From positions 90,644,001 through 90,708,000 of the forward strand of contig OZ024741.1 in assembly GCA_964016885.1 (NCBI GenBank): a stretch of 64,000 nucleotides of DNA, in the 5' to 3' direction. The first letter of the stretch is position 1. Every line of letters begins with the position of its first letter. The translations under genes were made by a program, and so were the position numbers. The stretch comes from Eledone cirrhosa. Its lineage: Eukaryota. The notes beneath the pieces are model-generated. The model worked only from the letters and a program-made list of their open reading frames with translations. It was not told the origin of the DNA and did no database searches. Shown here piece after piece: positions 11,636 to 21,618 of this stretch.

Positions 11636-14600
11636 ATGACCTCACTCAGAATAGGCAGCATAAATGCGCGTGGCTTGGGGTCGTCATGGAAGCAGGGTCA
11701 CCTGCTCAACGACCTCAGGTCACTAAACATAGATGTAGTGGCCATCAGCGAGACCAGAATCTCCGAAGCACGGGCCTTCGCACCGATCTTCGGCGGCTAC
11801 GATGTGTACGCATCTCCCAGCCGTCCTGGATCGGGTGGAGGAGTTGCTGTGCTTTTTCGGAGAGGTTTGGATCTCGCCATACGGGCCATCTTCCTGGACC
11901 CAGAGGGTAAGCTGGTGGTGCTGGACGTGACCAGCGGAGACGGGCAAGCTTTCAGGCTAGTGGCCGTCTATGCCCCGACAGGAGCAGGGCGGCCTGATTT
12001 CTTCCGGCGTCTGGAGACCTTTCTTGGAACGTCCCGCTCTTTAGTGTTAGTGGGCGACTGGAACGGGATCTTAGATGCACGCTGGGACTGTGTGGGATTA
12101 GCGGATAGGGGTGGAGGGTGCAAGAGCCTCACCAACCTGCTCAGGCGTTTTGAACTGTCTGACAGGTACCGATTGGATTTCCCGAATGTGCCAATGTGGA
12201 CTTGGACAAACCGCATAGGGTCATCCAGATCATATCTAGATAGAGTATTTTGTAGGGAAATAGATAGGTCTAGCATAGGCTGTCCACAATTCAAGATAGT
12301 CAGCTACACGGACCACAAATTCGTGACCTGTGTGCTTGACATAGATAGGCTTCATAGACGAGGACCCGGCTACTGGAAGCTAAACGCGTCCTTACCAGCG
12401 CGCAAGGCCTACAGAGACCGGATTAGCGAACTAGTTAAGCGGGCGTTGACGGGGGCCATCGTCAACAACAAGTGGTGGTTTGCTCTGAAAAGAGCGATTA
12501 AAATAGAATCGATTAGGTTTAGTAAGGCTTTAGCAATAGAGAAAAATAGAGCAGAGGGAGAACTAGTTAGAAAATTAGACGAGGCGCTTAGCAAAGGCAT
12601 TGCGACCGACGTGCTTGCGGCGAAATTGGCCCTTGACCAATTCTTCAATGCAAAGCACGAAGGCTGCGTTGTCAGAGCTAGGGTGCGTGCTCTCAGACAC
12701 GAGGGGACAAAAGCCGTTCAATGGGCCCGAGTGGCGGAGGCGCGTCGTGGCAACAAAGCCACGATCCGGTCTTTGGTGGACCACGACGGGCGCATGCTAC
12801 TCGATCCCGGGCAAATGTGTGAAGCTTTTCAGCGACACTTCGCTCAGCTGTTCGGGGGCAGCGGGGGGACGGGTAGAGGGATGGACTTTAGTGTCTACCT
12901 CGACGGACTGCCGCGGCTCTCGGCCACTGAGGCGAGGTGTTGCGAAAAGCCGATAACAGCCGCTGAAGTACGGGAGGCAATGACTGGCTGCACAAGGGGT
13001 AAATCGCCTGGTTTGGATGGTCTGCCCTATGAACTTTACGTACAGATGCCAGACTTGTTCGGAGGCCTCTTGGCGGACGTCTACTGCAACTGGCAACAGA
13101 ACGGGAGAATTCCCAGTTCTGTGAGCCGAGGAGCGGTGGCACTGCTGAGAAAGGATCCGAACAAGGGGGATAACATAGACAATTTCCGGCCCATAACTCT
13201 GCTAAACACAGAGTTTAAGATTTTGGCCAAGGTGCTAGCAAAGAGGTTGGCGCTTGTCGTTGGTGGTCTGGTGGGAGAGGCGCAGACATGCGCCATTCCC
13301 GACAGATCCATCCACGACAACCTCCACCTCATGCGATACATCGTAGAGAGGGTAGCTAGGGAACCTGGCACGGGTGGGTCCTTGATCAATTTAGATCAGT
13401 CGAAAGCTTTCGATAGGGTCGACCATCGTTACCTAGCGGCAGTCCTGAGGGCGGCTGGCTTTGGGCCCGTCTTCAGAGGCTGGATCGCTGCCATGCACAG
13501 CGACATCTGCTCTGTGGTGAGAGTGAACGGTCACCTGTCGGAACCGTTCAACATCATGCGCTCGGTCCGCCAAGGATGTCCCCTCTCGTCCCTCTTGTAC
13601 GTATTGACTCTCGAGCCATTACTGCACAAACTGGAGACGTTGAGGGGAGTCCCGCGCGAACTAGGATGCGGAAGATCCGTGTCAGCATATGCGGACGATG
13701 TCACCGTAGTGGTGTCGAACGCCAAACACATCGAGGCGATCGGCACTACACTAAGAGAATACGAAGCGGTGACAGAAGCAATGATCAACCAGGAAAAGTC
13801 AGTGGGCCTGCAGCTCGGCACCTGGAGAGGCAGGTCCATGCCGTCCAACAGCGTCGTCGGGCGCTGGACGGACGGACCGGTTAAATTGCTAGGGGTCTGG
13901 TTCGGTCCGGACCTCCAGACGGACAAAAACTGGGACGAGGTGACGAGCAGGGTGGCTTCTCTCACCCAGAAATGGGCGGAGAGGAAGCTATCCCTGAAAG
14001 GTCGAGCGGAGGTGGCTAACGCGTACATCGCGTCTGTCATCTGCTACCGCCTAACCGTCGTACCTTGTCCTAAGCCTCGCCTGACTGCACTGGAGCGTTT
14101 GCTCTTTCGCTTTTTGTGGAAGGGACGTGCTCCGATGGTCAGGCGGTCCATCTGTTGTCAACACCCGCTACGTGGAGGGCTGGGCATGCCGTGGCTGATG
14201 ATGCGCAGGCACGCGCTCAGGCTACGACATCTCCACCTCTTCCTCGACGGTGATCAGGTGTGGTCGCCGTTTGCTAGACGCGTTTTTCCCCAGCTCGTTT
14301 CCTTGGCGGAGCTGCAGTCCTGGGTCAAGCGAAGACCGAGAGGGAGCGCCTGGAGACTGGAATGTCTTCAGGCGCTCACAGCCCTCGACCAATCGGGCAA
14401 TGTGATCGGTGGAAACTCCACCTCGGCGTTCTATAGAGGATTAGTGGAGGGGAAGAGCGACGACGTACTTGGGGAAACTCTAGGCGTCGACGAAAATCAA
14501 CTAGCCAATCTCTTCGGAAGAACTTTCGGGCCAGGGCCTATGGACAACTTCCAGAAATCTCTGGCCTGGCAGTGCTACCGAGGAGCCTTGCCAGTTCGGG

Positions 14601-15055
14601 ATAAACTCTACAGGCATGGAGGTGCCGTCAGCCGGGCATGTCCGAGATGCGCGCAGGGCGACGAAACCGTCCTGCACGCACTCGTCCAGTGTCCGAAAAT
14701 TGCTGACTTGTGGGTTTATGTCGAACACCTGCTGTCGCGTTTAGGACGGATCCAGCTATCATCTGAGTCTATCGTGAGGATTGCCCCACCCTCCTCCTTT
14801 AGCCGGGAAGGGCAGGCAGTTTTTATCTGTCTGGTGGCCATGGCGAAAGAGATAGTATGGTGGACACGTTTGAAAGGGCTGAAGACGAGCACTTACCTCT
14901 TCGGTGATGCTCTGATTGACTTTTTCAAATCTCATTTGAAAAGGAAAATCAGAGTAGAGAAGGAAGTGCTCTCTTCCCAGCATTTTGTTGAAAGATGGGT
15001 GAGAGAAGCAAGAATGGCCCGAGTGAATGGGCCGACTCTGAGTATATATCTGTAA
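11636..15055 (+). CDS. ORF2 protein (1139 aa): AP endonuclease, reverse transcriptase, C-terminal zinc finger
   Basis: APE motifs SINARGL, ISET, VYAP, GDWN, LDRVF, TDH. RT motifs KSPGLDG, RPITLLN, DQSKAFD, QGCPLS, YADD, LLGV. C-terminal CPRC..ETVLHALVQC. The GPGYWKLN linker is typical of Tx1/L1. Confidence 0.97.
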   Translation: MTSLRIGSINARGLGSSWKQGHLLNDLRSLNIDVVAISETRISEARAFAPIFGGYDVYASPSRPGSGGGVAVLFRRGLDLAIRAIFLDPEGKLVVLDVTSGDGQAFRLVAVYAPTGAGRPDFFRRLETFLGTSRSLVLVGDWNGILDARWDCVGLADRGGGCKSLTNLLRRFELSDRYRLDFPNVPMWTWTNRIGSSRSYLDRVFCREIDRSSIGCPQFKIVSYTDHKFVTCVLDIDRLHRRGPGYWKLNASLPARKAYRDRISELVKRALTGAIVNNKWWFALKRAIKIESIRFSKALAIEKNRAEGELVRKLDEALSKGIATDVLAAKLALDQFFNAKHEGCVVRARVRALRHEGTKAVQWARVAEARRGNKATIRSLVDHDGRMLLDPGQMCEAFQRHFAQLFGGSGGTGRGMDFSVYLDGLPRLSATEARCCEKPITAAEVREAMTGCTRGKSPGLDGLPYELYVQMPDLFGGLLADVYCNWQQNGRIPSSVSRGAVALLRKDPNKGDNIDNFRPITLLNTEFKILAKVLAKRLALVVGGLVGEAQTCAIPDRSIHDNLHLMRYIVERVAREPGTGGSLINLDQSKAFDRVDHRYLAAVLRAAGFGPVFRGWIAAMHSDICSVVRVNGHLSEPFNIMRSVRQGCPLSSLLYVLTLEPLLHKLETLRGVPRELGCGRSVSAYADDVTVVVSNAKHIEAIGTTLREYEAVTEAMINQEKSVGLQLGTWRGRSMPSNSVVGRWTDGPVKLLGVWFGPDLQTDKNWDEVTSRVASLTQKWAERKLSLKGRAEVANAYIASVICYRLTVVPCPKPRLTALERLLFRFLWKGRAPMVRRSICCQHPLRGGLGMPWLMMRRHALRLRHLHLFLDGDQVWSPFARRVFPQLVSLAELQSWVKRRPRGSAWRLECLQALTALDQSGNVIGGNSTSAFYRGLVEGKSDDVLGETLGVDENQLANLFGRTFGPGPMDNFQKSLAWQCYRGALPVRDKLYRHGGAVSRACPRCAQGDETVLHALVQCPKIADLWVYVEHLLSRLGRIQLSSESIVRIAPPSSFSREGQAVFICLVAMAKEIVWWTRLKGLKTSTYLFGDALIDFFKSHLKRKIRVEKEVLSSQHFVERWVREARMARVNGPTLSIYL

Positions 15056-15315
15056 ACTAAAGGTGGAAAACTGGGAGAGGGCACTTGCCTTGGTGGTCAG
15101 GGTCATTGTGGCTTTTTACTGGGCTTTCTCCACAAATGTCCCTCCGAAGTCTCCCCCCTATTGGGGAATTTTTCATTGTTATTTTCATTGTTATTTTTGT
15201 TACATCCTCTGTTTTTGTTTTTTTACACGCAGAAATGCCCATTTGTACCGTCCTGCATTGTCCTGCACTGTCCTTAATGTCTACTTTATGTAAACCCTTG
15301 TGGTTAATAAAGAAA

Positions 15316-15347
<32 letters not shown>

Positions 15348-15562
15348 GAATGCCATGGTTGACGGAGGCTCGGCTCTGTAAGGTATAGTAATTTTTAACC
15401 GTTAAAACAATTGTAAATTGTTTAAAACTTGAACCAAATTGTTGATAAAGACACCCTCCTCCTCGTGAGAGGGGTCTTTCTGTCCGTTATTTGGCCCTTC
15501 GGGGTTAAATAATCAGTTATTGGGGTTTTGTACCCAAAATTTCATTTTAAACAAAAAACAAC

Positions 15563-17656
15563 ATGGCTACGAAAAAGAAATTTCATACGTCACTCCCACT
15601 CATTCCGTCTCCTTCTTCCTCAATCATCACTACAGCAGAGAGAAGATTGTCTCTCTCCCTCCCTTCTTTAAATGTGTCTCTCTCCCTCCCTTCTCTTTCG
15701 CAAGTGACGAAAGAAAAGAAAAGTCTCGTGCAAAGCGTGCAAGGTTTCTCCACGACGACGACGACAGCGACGAAACAGGTGTGCGGGAAATACGAAAACC
15801 CAGTTCATTCGTCTGACGTCAGGAATAATAGCAGTAGCAGCCGTAATAACAACAGCAACAGTGACAATGAAAACAACAGTAGCAGCCGCAACAGCATCAC
15901 CAGCAGCATAAACAACAACAGCATTAGCAGCAGCAACACCAACAACAACCACAGTAACAGCGGCGGAGGCAGTAGTCGTAGTACCTGCAGCAACAACAAA
16001 AGTACCAGCAGCTCTGACGACAACAACAACAGCAGAGAAAAACCAATCTCATTTGCAGGTATTGCGAAAAACTTGGAAACAATCCTCATAACAAATGAGG
16101 AATTAGAGGAAGCGAAGAAGATGGTGACAAAGAACCGACACCGAGCAATCTGCAAGGCAGCGAAAAATTTTTTCGAAACCCAAGAGCACTGTACGGTCAC
16201 GTACCGTACAGTAAGTACAAAATCCCGTAGGGTGGAAAGAGCCACAGAGGCCCAAATACAAAAAGCCTTGGGGTCTGTGTGGCAGCGGAAAACGCACATC
16301 ACCCGAGGCAAAAAATATGCCACCGTAGACGTACTTTTTGCCACACCCCAGGAGGCAAAGGCCCAATCAGTAGTGACCCTAAGGAGCGAGGAAATGGTGT
16401 TGGTGCCCTCCTACTGTGGGCAAAAAATTGTGAGGGTCAAACTGACCCACGTCCCCCCCGGAATGACCCCTTCTTGGCTGGCCGCGTCTGTCCTCGTCGG
16501 AATCGAGGACAAAACAACTGTACTGCAAGTACAGAAAAAAGTAAGAGAAGATTGGGTCGGCTCCTCCATTGAGATGCTAATCCAAACCAACCAGGAGTGC
16601 ATCGAAGCTATCCCGGATGTGATAGACTTCGATAACGGCACTCAACTGCCCATAAGTGTTGAGGGCAAACGCCCGAAATGCTTTCGCTGTGGATCGAAGA
16701 CTCACCTCAGGGCCTTCTGCAACGAGAAGACCCTGAGAAAGGAGAAAACCCCCCTCCTTCCGAATCCGGCTCCACGGCTACCAGCAACAGGACAAGCGGC
16801 AACCAGGAACGATAGGCCCGTGGCACCCATACCCACTCCACGGAAATCAAAAACAGCAGCAGCAGTGGAAATACTAACAACAACAACAGCAATACCAAAT
16901 GCAGCTGCAACAGAGACTCCAGTGCAAACATCACCAACAACAACAAGTGAAAGAGTGGAGTTGGTACCCCTCCCCGACCTCACAGAATCAGACATGGAGT
17001 GTGAGGTGGGAGAGAGATGGCAAAAGGTCGTAAGAAGGCACAAACGCAGAAGCAGCGCATCGTCGCCTTTGAAAAGGGAGGAAAGAAATGAGAAAAGGGT
17101 AAAGTCTACTGCAAAGAGACCCACAGCAGCAACAACACCAACACCATCACCACCCACAATAGCGCCACCATCACCACCGGCGACAACCCCACCGCCAACA
17201 ACACCTTCAACACCACCACAAGCACCAACATCGCAAACACAACAACAAAACACACACACCCAGCAACAACGACAAGAAAATAGCAGAACCACACCCCACC
17301 CCCAGAAAAACAAATGCACGGCAATAAATACACACAACAAGAAACTAATGACTTACATAATTGAACACACAGACATTTCACAACAGGACTACATAATACC
17401 AGCACCAATCAAAACGCCAACTAACATAAGACTGCTAAAAATAGCACAGAAACAATACACAAACATTAAAACGAAATTCCCCAACGCAGTTGGTGATTTC
17501 AGGGACCTAGGAGGAACCATCAATCGAAGAGTATACTCAGACATTCTCTTAGAAGAGCCGATGACCAGCCGAAGGGACGATTCAACGGTCCCTTCACCAG
17601 ACGATCAAGTGAAAAGGGATGTAAAAACCATCCCTCCTCTACCAAAAGTACGGTAA
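15563..17656 (+). CDS. ORF1 protein (697 aa, CCHC knuckle)
   Basis: Near-identical to 9507..11600. Confidence 0.9.
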   Translation: MATKKKFHTSLPLIPSPSSSIITTAERRLSLSLPSLNVSLSLPSLSQVTKEKKSLVQSVQGFSTTTTTATKQVCGKYENPVHSSDVRNNSSSSRNNNSNSDNENNSSSRNSITSSINNNSISSSNTNNNHSNSGGGSSRSTCSNNKSTSSSDDNNNSREKPISFAGIAKNLETILITNEELEEAKKMVTKNRHRAICKAAKNFFETQEHCTVTYRTVSTKSRRVERATEAQIQKALGSVWQRKTHITRGKKYATVDVLFATPQEAKAQSVVTLRSEEMVLVPSYCGQKIVRVKLTHVPPGMTPSWLAASVLVGIEDKTTVLQVQKKVREDWVGSSIEMLIQTNQECIEAIPDVIDFDNGTQLPISVEGKRPKCFRCGSKTHLRAFCNEKTLRKEKTPLLPNPAPRLPATGQAATRNDRPVAPIPTPRKSKTAAAVEILTTTTAIPNAAATETPVQTSPTTTSERVELVPLPDLTESDMECEVGERWQKVVRRHKRRSSASSPLKREERNEKRVKSTAKRPTAATTPTPSPPTIAPPSPPATTPPPTTPSTPPQAPTSQTQQQNTHTQQQRQENSRTTPHPQKNKCTAINTHNKKLMTYIIEHTDISQQDYIIPAPIKTPTNIRLLKIAQKQYTNIKTKFPNAVGDFRDLGGTINRRVYSDILLEEPMTSRRDDSTVPSPDDQVKRDVKTIPPLPKVR

Positions 17657-17691
17657 GTGGTCTTTCCCATCTTTTCCACTCTATTTTAAAC

Positions 17692-20600
17692 ATGACCTCA
17701 CTCAGAATAGGCAGCATAAATGCGCGTGGCTTGGGGTCGTCATGGAAGCAGGGTCACCTGCTCAACGACCTCAGGTCACTAAACATAGATGTAGTGGCCA
17801 TCAGCGAGACCAGAATCTCCGAAGCACGGGCCTTCGCACCGATCTTCGGCGGCTACGATGTGTACGCATCTCCCAGCCGTCCTGGATCGGGTGGAGGAGT
17901 TGCTGTGCTTTTTCGGAGAGGTTTGGATCTCGCCATACGGGCCATCTTCCTGGACCCAGAGGGTAAGCTGGTGGTGCTGGACGTGACCAGCGGAGACGGG
18001 CAAGCTTTCAGGCTAGTGGCCGTCTATGCCCCGACAGGAGCAGGGCGGCCTGATTTCTTCCGGCGTCTGGAGACCTTTCTTGGAACGTCCCGCTCTTTAG
18101 TGTTAGTGGGCGACTGGAACGGGATCTTAGATGCACGCTGGGACTGTGTGGGATTAGCGGATAGAGGTGGAGGGTGCAAGAGCCTCACCAACCTGCTCAG
18201 GCGTTTTGAACTGTCTGACAGGTACCGATTGGATTTCCCGAATGTGCCAATGTGGACTTGGACAAACCGCATAGGGTCATCCAGATCATATCTAGATAGA
18301 GTATTTTGTAGGGAAATAGATAGGTCTAGCATAGGCTGTCCACAATTCAAGATAGTCAGCTACACGGACCACAAATTCGTGACCTGTGTGCTTGACATAG
18401 ATAGGCTTCATAGACGAGGACCCGGCTACTGGAAGCTAAACGCGTCCTTACCAGCGCGCAAGGCCTACAGAGACCGGATTAGCGAACTAGTTAAGCGGGC
18501 GTTGACGGGGGCCATCGTCAACAACAAGTGGTGGTTTGCTCTGAAAAGAGCGATTAAAATAGAATCGATTAGGTTTAGTAAGGCTTTAGCAATAGAGAAA
18601 AATAGAGCAGAGGGAGAACTAGTTAGAAAATTAGACGAGGCGCTTAGCAAAGGCATTGCGACCGACGTGCTTGCGGCGAAATTGGCCCTTGACCAATTCT
18701 TCAATGCAAAGCACGAAGGCTGCGTTGTCAGAGCTAGGGTGCGTGCTCTCAGACACGAGGGGACAAAAGCCGTTCAATGGGCCCGAGTGGCGGAGGCGCG
18801 TCGTGGCAACAAAGCCACGATCCGGTCTTTGGTGGACCACGACGGGCGCATGCTACTCGATCCCGGGCAAATGTGTGAAGCTTTTCAGCGACACTTCGCT
18901 CAGCTGTTCGGGGGCAGCGGGGGGACGGGTAGAGGGATGGACTTTAGTGTCTACCTCGACGGACTGCCGCGGCTCTCGGCCACTGAGGCGAGGTGTTGCG
19001 AAAAGCCGATAACAGCCGCTGAAGTACGGGAGGCAATGACTGGCTGCACAAGGGGTAAATCGCCTGGTTTGGATGGTCTTCCCTATGAACTTTACGTACA
19101 GATGCCAGACTTGTTCGGAGGCCTCTTGGCGGACGTCTACTGCAACTGGCAACAGAACGGGAGAATTCCCAGTTCTGTGAGCCGAGGAGCGGTGGCACTG
19201 CTGAGAAAGGATCCGAACAAGGGGGATAACATAGACAATTTCCGGCCCATAACTCTGCTAAACACAGAGTTTAAGATTTTGGCCAAGGTGCTAGCAAAGA
19301 GGTTGGCGCTTGTCGTTGGTGGTCTGGTGGGAGAGGCGCAGACATGCGCCATTCCCGACAGATCCATCCACGACAACCTCCACCTCATGCGATACATCGT
19401 AGAGAGGGTAGCTAGGGAACCTGGCACGGGTGGGTCCTTGATCAATTTAGATCAGTCGAAAGCTTTCGATAGGGTCGACCATCGTTACCTAGCGGCAGTC
19501 CTGAGGGCGGCTGGCTTTGGGCCCGTCTTCAGAGGCTGGATCGCTGCCATGCACAGCGACATCTGCTCTGTGGTGAGAGTGAACGGTCACCTGTCGGAAC
19601 CGTTCAACATCATGCGCTCGGTCCGCCAAGGATGTCCCCTCTCGTCCCTCTTGTACGTATTGACTCTCGAGCCATTACTGCACAAACTGGAGACGTTGAG
19701 GGGAGTCCCGCGCGAACTAGGATGCGGAAGATCCGTGTCAGCATATGCGGACGATGTCACCGTAGTGGTGTCGAACGCCAAACACATCGAGGCGATCGGC
19801 ACTACACTAAGAGAATACGAAGCGGTGACAGGAGCAATGATCAACCAGGAAAAGTCAGTGGGCCTGCAGCTCGGCACCTGGAGAGGCAGGTCCATGCCGT
19901 CCAACAGCGTCGTCGGGCGCTGGACGGACGGACCGGTTAAATTGCTAGGGGTCTGGTTCGGTCCGGACCTCCAGACGGACAAAAACTGGGACGAGGTGAC
20001 GAGCAGGGTGGCTTCTCTCACCCAGAAATGGGCGGAGAGGAAGCTATCCCTGAAAGGTCGAGCGGAGGTGGCTAACGCGTACATCGCGTCTGTCATCTGC
20101 TACCGCCTAACCGTCGTACCTTGTCCTAAGCCTCGCCTGACTGCACTGGAGCGTTTGCTCTTTCGCTTTTTGTGGAAGGGACGTGCTCCGATGGTCAGGC
20201 GGTCCATCTGTTGTCAACACCCGCTACGTGGAGGGCTGGGCATGCCGTGGCTGATGATGCGCAGGCACGCGCTCAGGCTACGACATCTCCACCTCTTCCT
20301 CGACGGTGATCAGGTGTGGTCGCCGTTTGCTAGACGCGTTTTTCCCCAGCTCGTTTCCTTGGCGGAGCTGCAGTCCTGGGTCAAGCGAAGACCGAGAGGG
20401 AGCGCCTGGAGACTGGAATGTCTTCAGGCGCTCACAGCCCTCGACCAATCGGGCAATGTGATCGGTGGAAACTCCACCTCGGCGTTCTATAGAGGATTAG
20501 TGGAGGGGAAGAGCGACGACGTACTTGGGGAAACTCTAGGCGTCGACGAAAATCAACTAGCCAATCTCTTCGGAAGAACTTTCGGGCCAGGGCCTATGGA

Positions 20601-21111
20601 CAACTTCCAGAAATCTCTGGCCTGGCAGTGCTACCGAGGAGCCTTGCCAGTTCGGGATAAACTCTACAGGCATGGAGGTGCCGTCAGCCGGGCATGTCCG
20701 AGATGCGCGCAGGGCGACGAAACCGTCCTGCACGCACTCGTCCAGTGTCCGAAAATTGCTGACTTGTGGGTTTATGTCGAACACCTGCTGTCGCGTTTAG
20801 GACGGATCCAGCTATCATCTGAGTCTATCGTGAGGATTGCCCCACCCTCCTCCTTTAGCCGGGAAGGGCAGGCAGTTTTTATCTGTCTGGTGGCCATGGC
20901 GAAAGAGATAGTATGGTGGACACGTTTGAAAGGGCTGAAGACGAGCACTTACCTCTTCGGTGATGCTCTGATTGACTTTTTCAAATCTCATTTGAAAAGG
21001 AAAATCAGAGTAGAGAAGGAAGTGCTCTCTTCCCAGCATTTTGTTGAAAGATGGGTGAGAGAAGCAAGAATGGCCCGAGTGAATGGGCCGACTCTGAGTA
21101 TATATCTGTAA
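17692..21111 (+). CDS. ORF2 protein (1139 aa, APE-RT-zf)
   Basis: All catalytic motifs intact (TDH, YADD). Confidence 0.97.
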   Translation: MTSLRIGSINARGLGSSWKQGHLLNDLRSLNIDVVAISETRISEARAFAPIFGGYDVYASPSRPGSGGGVAVLFRRGLDLAIRAIFLDPEGKLVVLDVTSGDGQAFRLVAVYAPTGAGRPDFFRRLETFLGTSRSLVLVGDWNGILDARWDCVGLADRGGGCKSLTNLLRRFELSDRYRLDFPNVPMWTWTNRIGSSRSYLDRVFCREIDRSSIGCPQFKIVSYTDHKFVTCVLDIDRLHRRGPGYWKLNASLPARKAYRDRISELVKRALTGAIVNNKWWFALKRAIKIESIRFSKALAIEKNRAEGELVRKLDEALSKGIATDVLAAKLALDQFFNAKHEGCVVRARVRALRHEGTKAVQWARVAEARRGNKATIRSLVDHDGRMLLDPGQMCEAFQRHFAQLFGGSGGTGRGMDFSVYLDGLPRLSATEARCCEKPITAAEVREAMTGCTRGKSPGLDGLPYELYVQMPDLFGGLLADVYCNWQQNGRIPSSVSRGAVALLRKDPNKGDNIDNFRPITLLNTEFKILAKVLAKRLALVVGGLVGEAQTCAIPDRSIHDNLHLMRYIVERVAREPGTGGSLINLDQSKAFDRVDHRYLAAVLRAAGFGPVFRGWIAAMHSDICSVVRVNGHLSEPFNIMRSVRQGCPLSSLLYVLTLEPLLHKLETLRGVPRELGCGRSVSAYADDVTVVVSNAKHIEAIGTTLREYEAVTGAMINQEKSVGLQLGTWRGRSMPSNSVVGRWTDGPVKLLGVWFGPDLQTDKNWDEVTSRVASLTQKWAERKLSLKGRAEVANAYIASVICYRLTVVPCPKPRLTALERLLFRFLWKGRAPMVRRSICCQHPLRGGLGMPWLMMRRHALRLRHLHLFLDGDQVWSPFARRVFPQLVSLAELQSWVKRRPRGSAWRLECLQALTALDQSGNVIGGNSTSAFYRGLVEGKSDDVLGETLGVDENQLANLFGRTFGPGPMDNFQKSLAWQCYRGALPVRDKLYRHGGAVSRACPRCAQGDETVLHALVQCPKIADLWVYVEHLLSRLGRIQLSSESIVRIAPPSSFSREGQAVFICLVAMAKEIVWWTRLKGLKTSTYLFGDALIDFFKSHLKRKIRVEKEVLSSQHFVERWVREARMARVNGPTLSIYL

Positions 21112-21371
21112 ACTAAAGGTGGAAAACTGGGAGAGGGCACTTGCCTTGGTGGTCAGGGTCATTGTGGCTTTTTACTGGGCTTTCTCCACAAATGTCCCTC
21201 CGAAGTCTCCCCCCTATTGGGGAATTTTTCATTGTTATTTTCATTGTTATTTTTGTTACATCCTCTGTTTTTGTTTTTTTACACGCAGAAATGCCCATTT
21301 GTACCGTCCTGCATTGTCCTGCACTGTCCTTAATGTCTACTTTATGTAAACCCTTGTGGTTAATAAAGAAA

Positions 21372-21403
<32 letters not shown>

Positions 21404-21618
21404 GAATGCCATGGTTGACGGAGGCTCGGCTCTGTAAGGTATAGTAATTTTTAACCGTTAAAACAATTGTAAATTGTTTAAAACTTGAACCAAATTGTTG
21501 ATAAAGACACCCTCCTCCTCGTGAGAGGGGTCTTTCTGTCCGTTATTTGGCCCTTCGGGGTTAAATAATCAGTTATTGGGGTTTTGTACCCAAAATTTCA
21601 TTTTAAACAAAAAACAAC

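Larger units (their letters stand above)
9294..15347 (+). mobile_element. Tx1-clade non-LTR retrotransposon, family A unit 2 (full length, both ORFs open)
   Basis: Same 5' start as the other units, intact ORF1 and ORF2, AATAAA, (ATT)10 at 15318-15347. Confidence 0.95.
15348..21403 (+). mobile_element. Tx1-clade non-LTR retrotransposon, family A unit 3 (full length, both ORFs open)
   Basis: As unit 2; (ATT)10 at 21374-21403. Confidence 0.95.
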
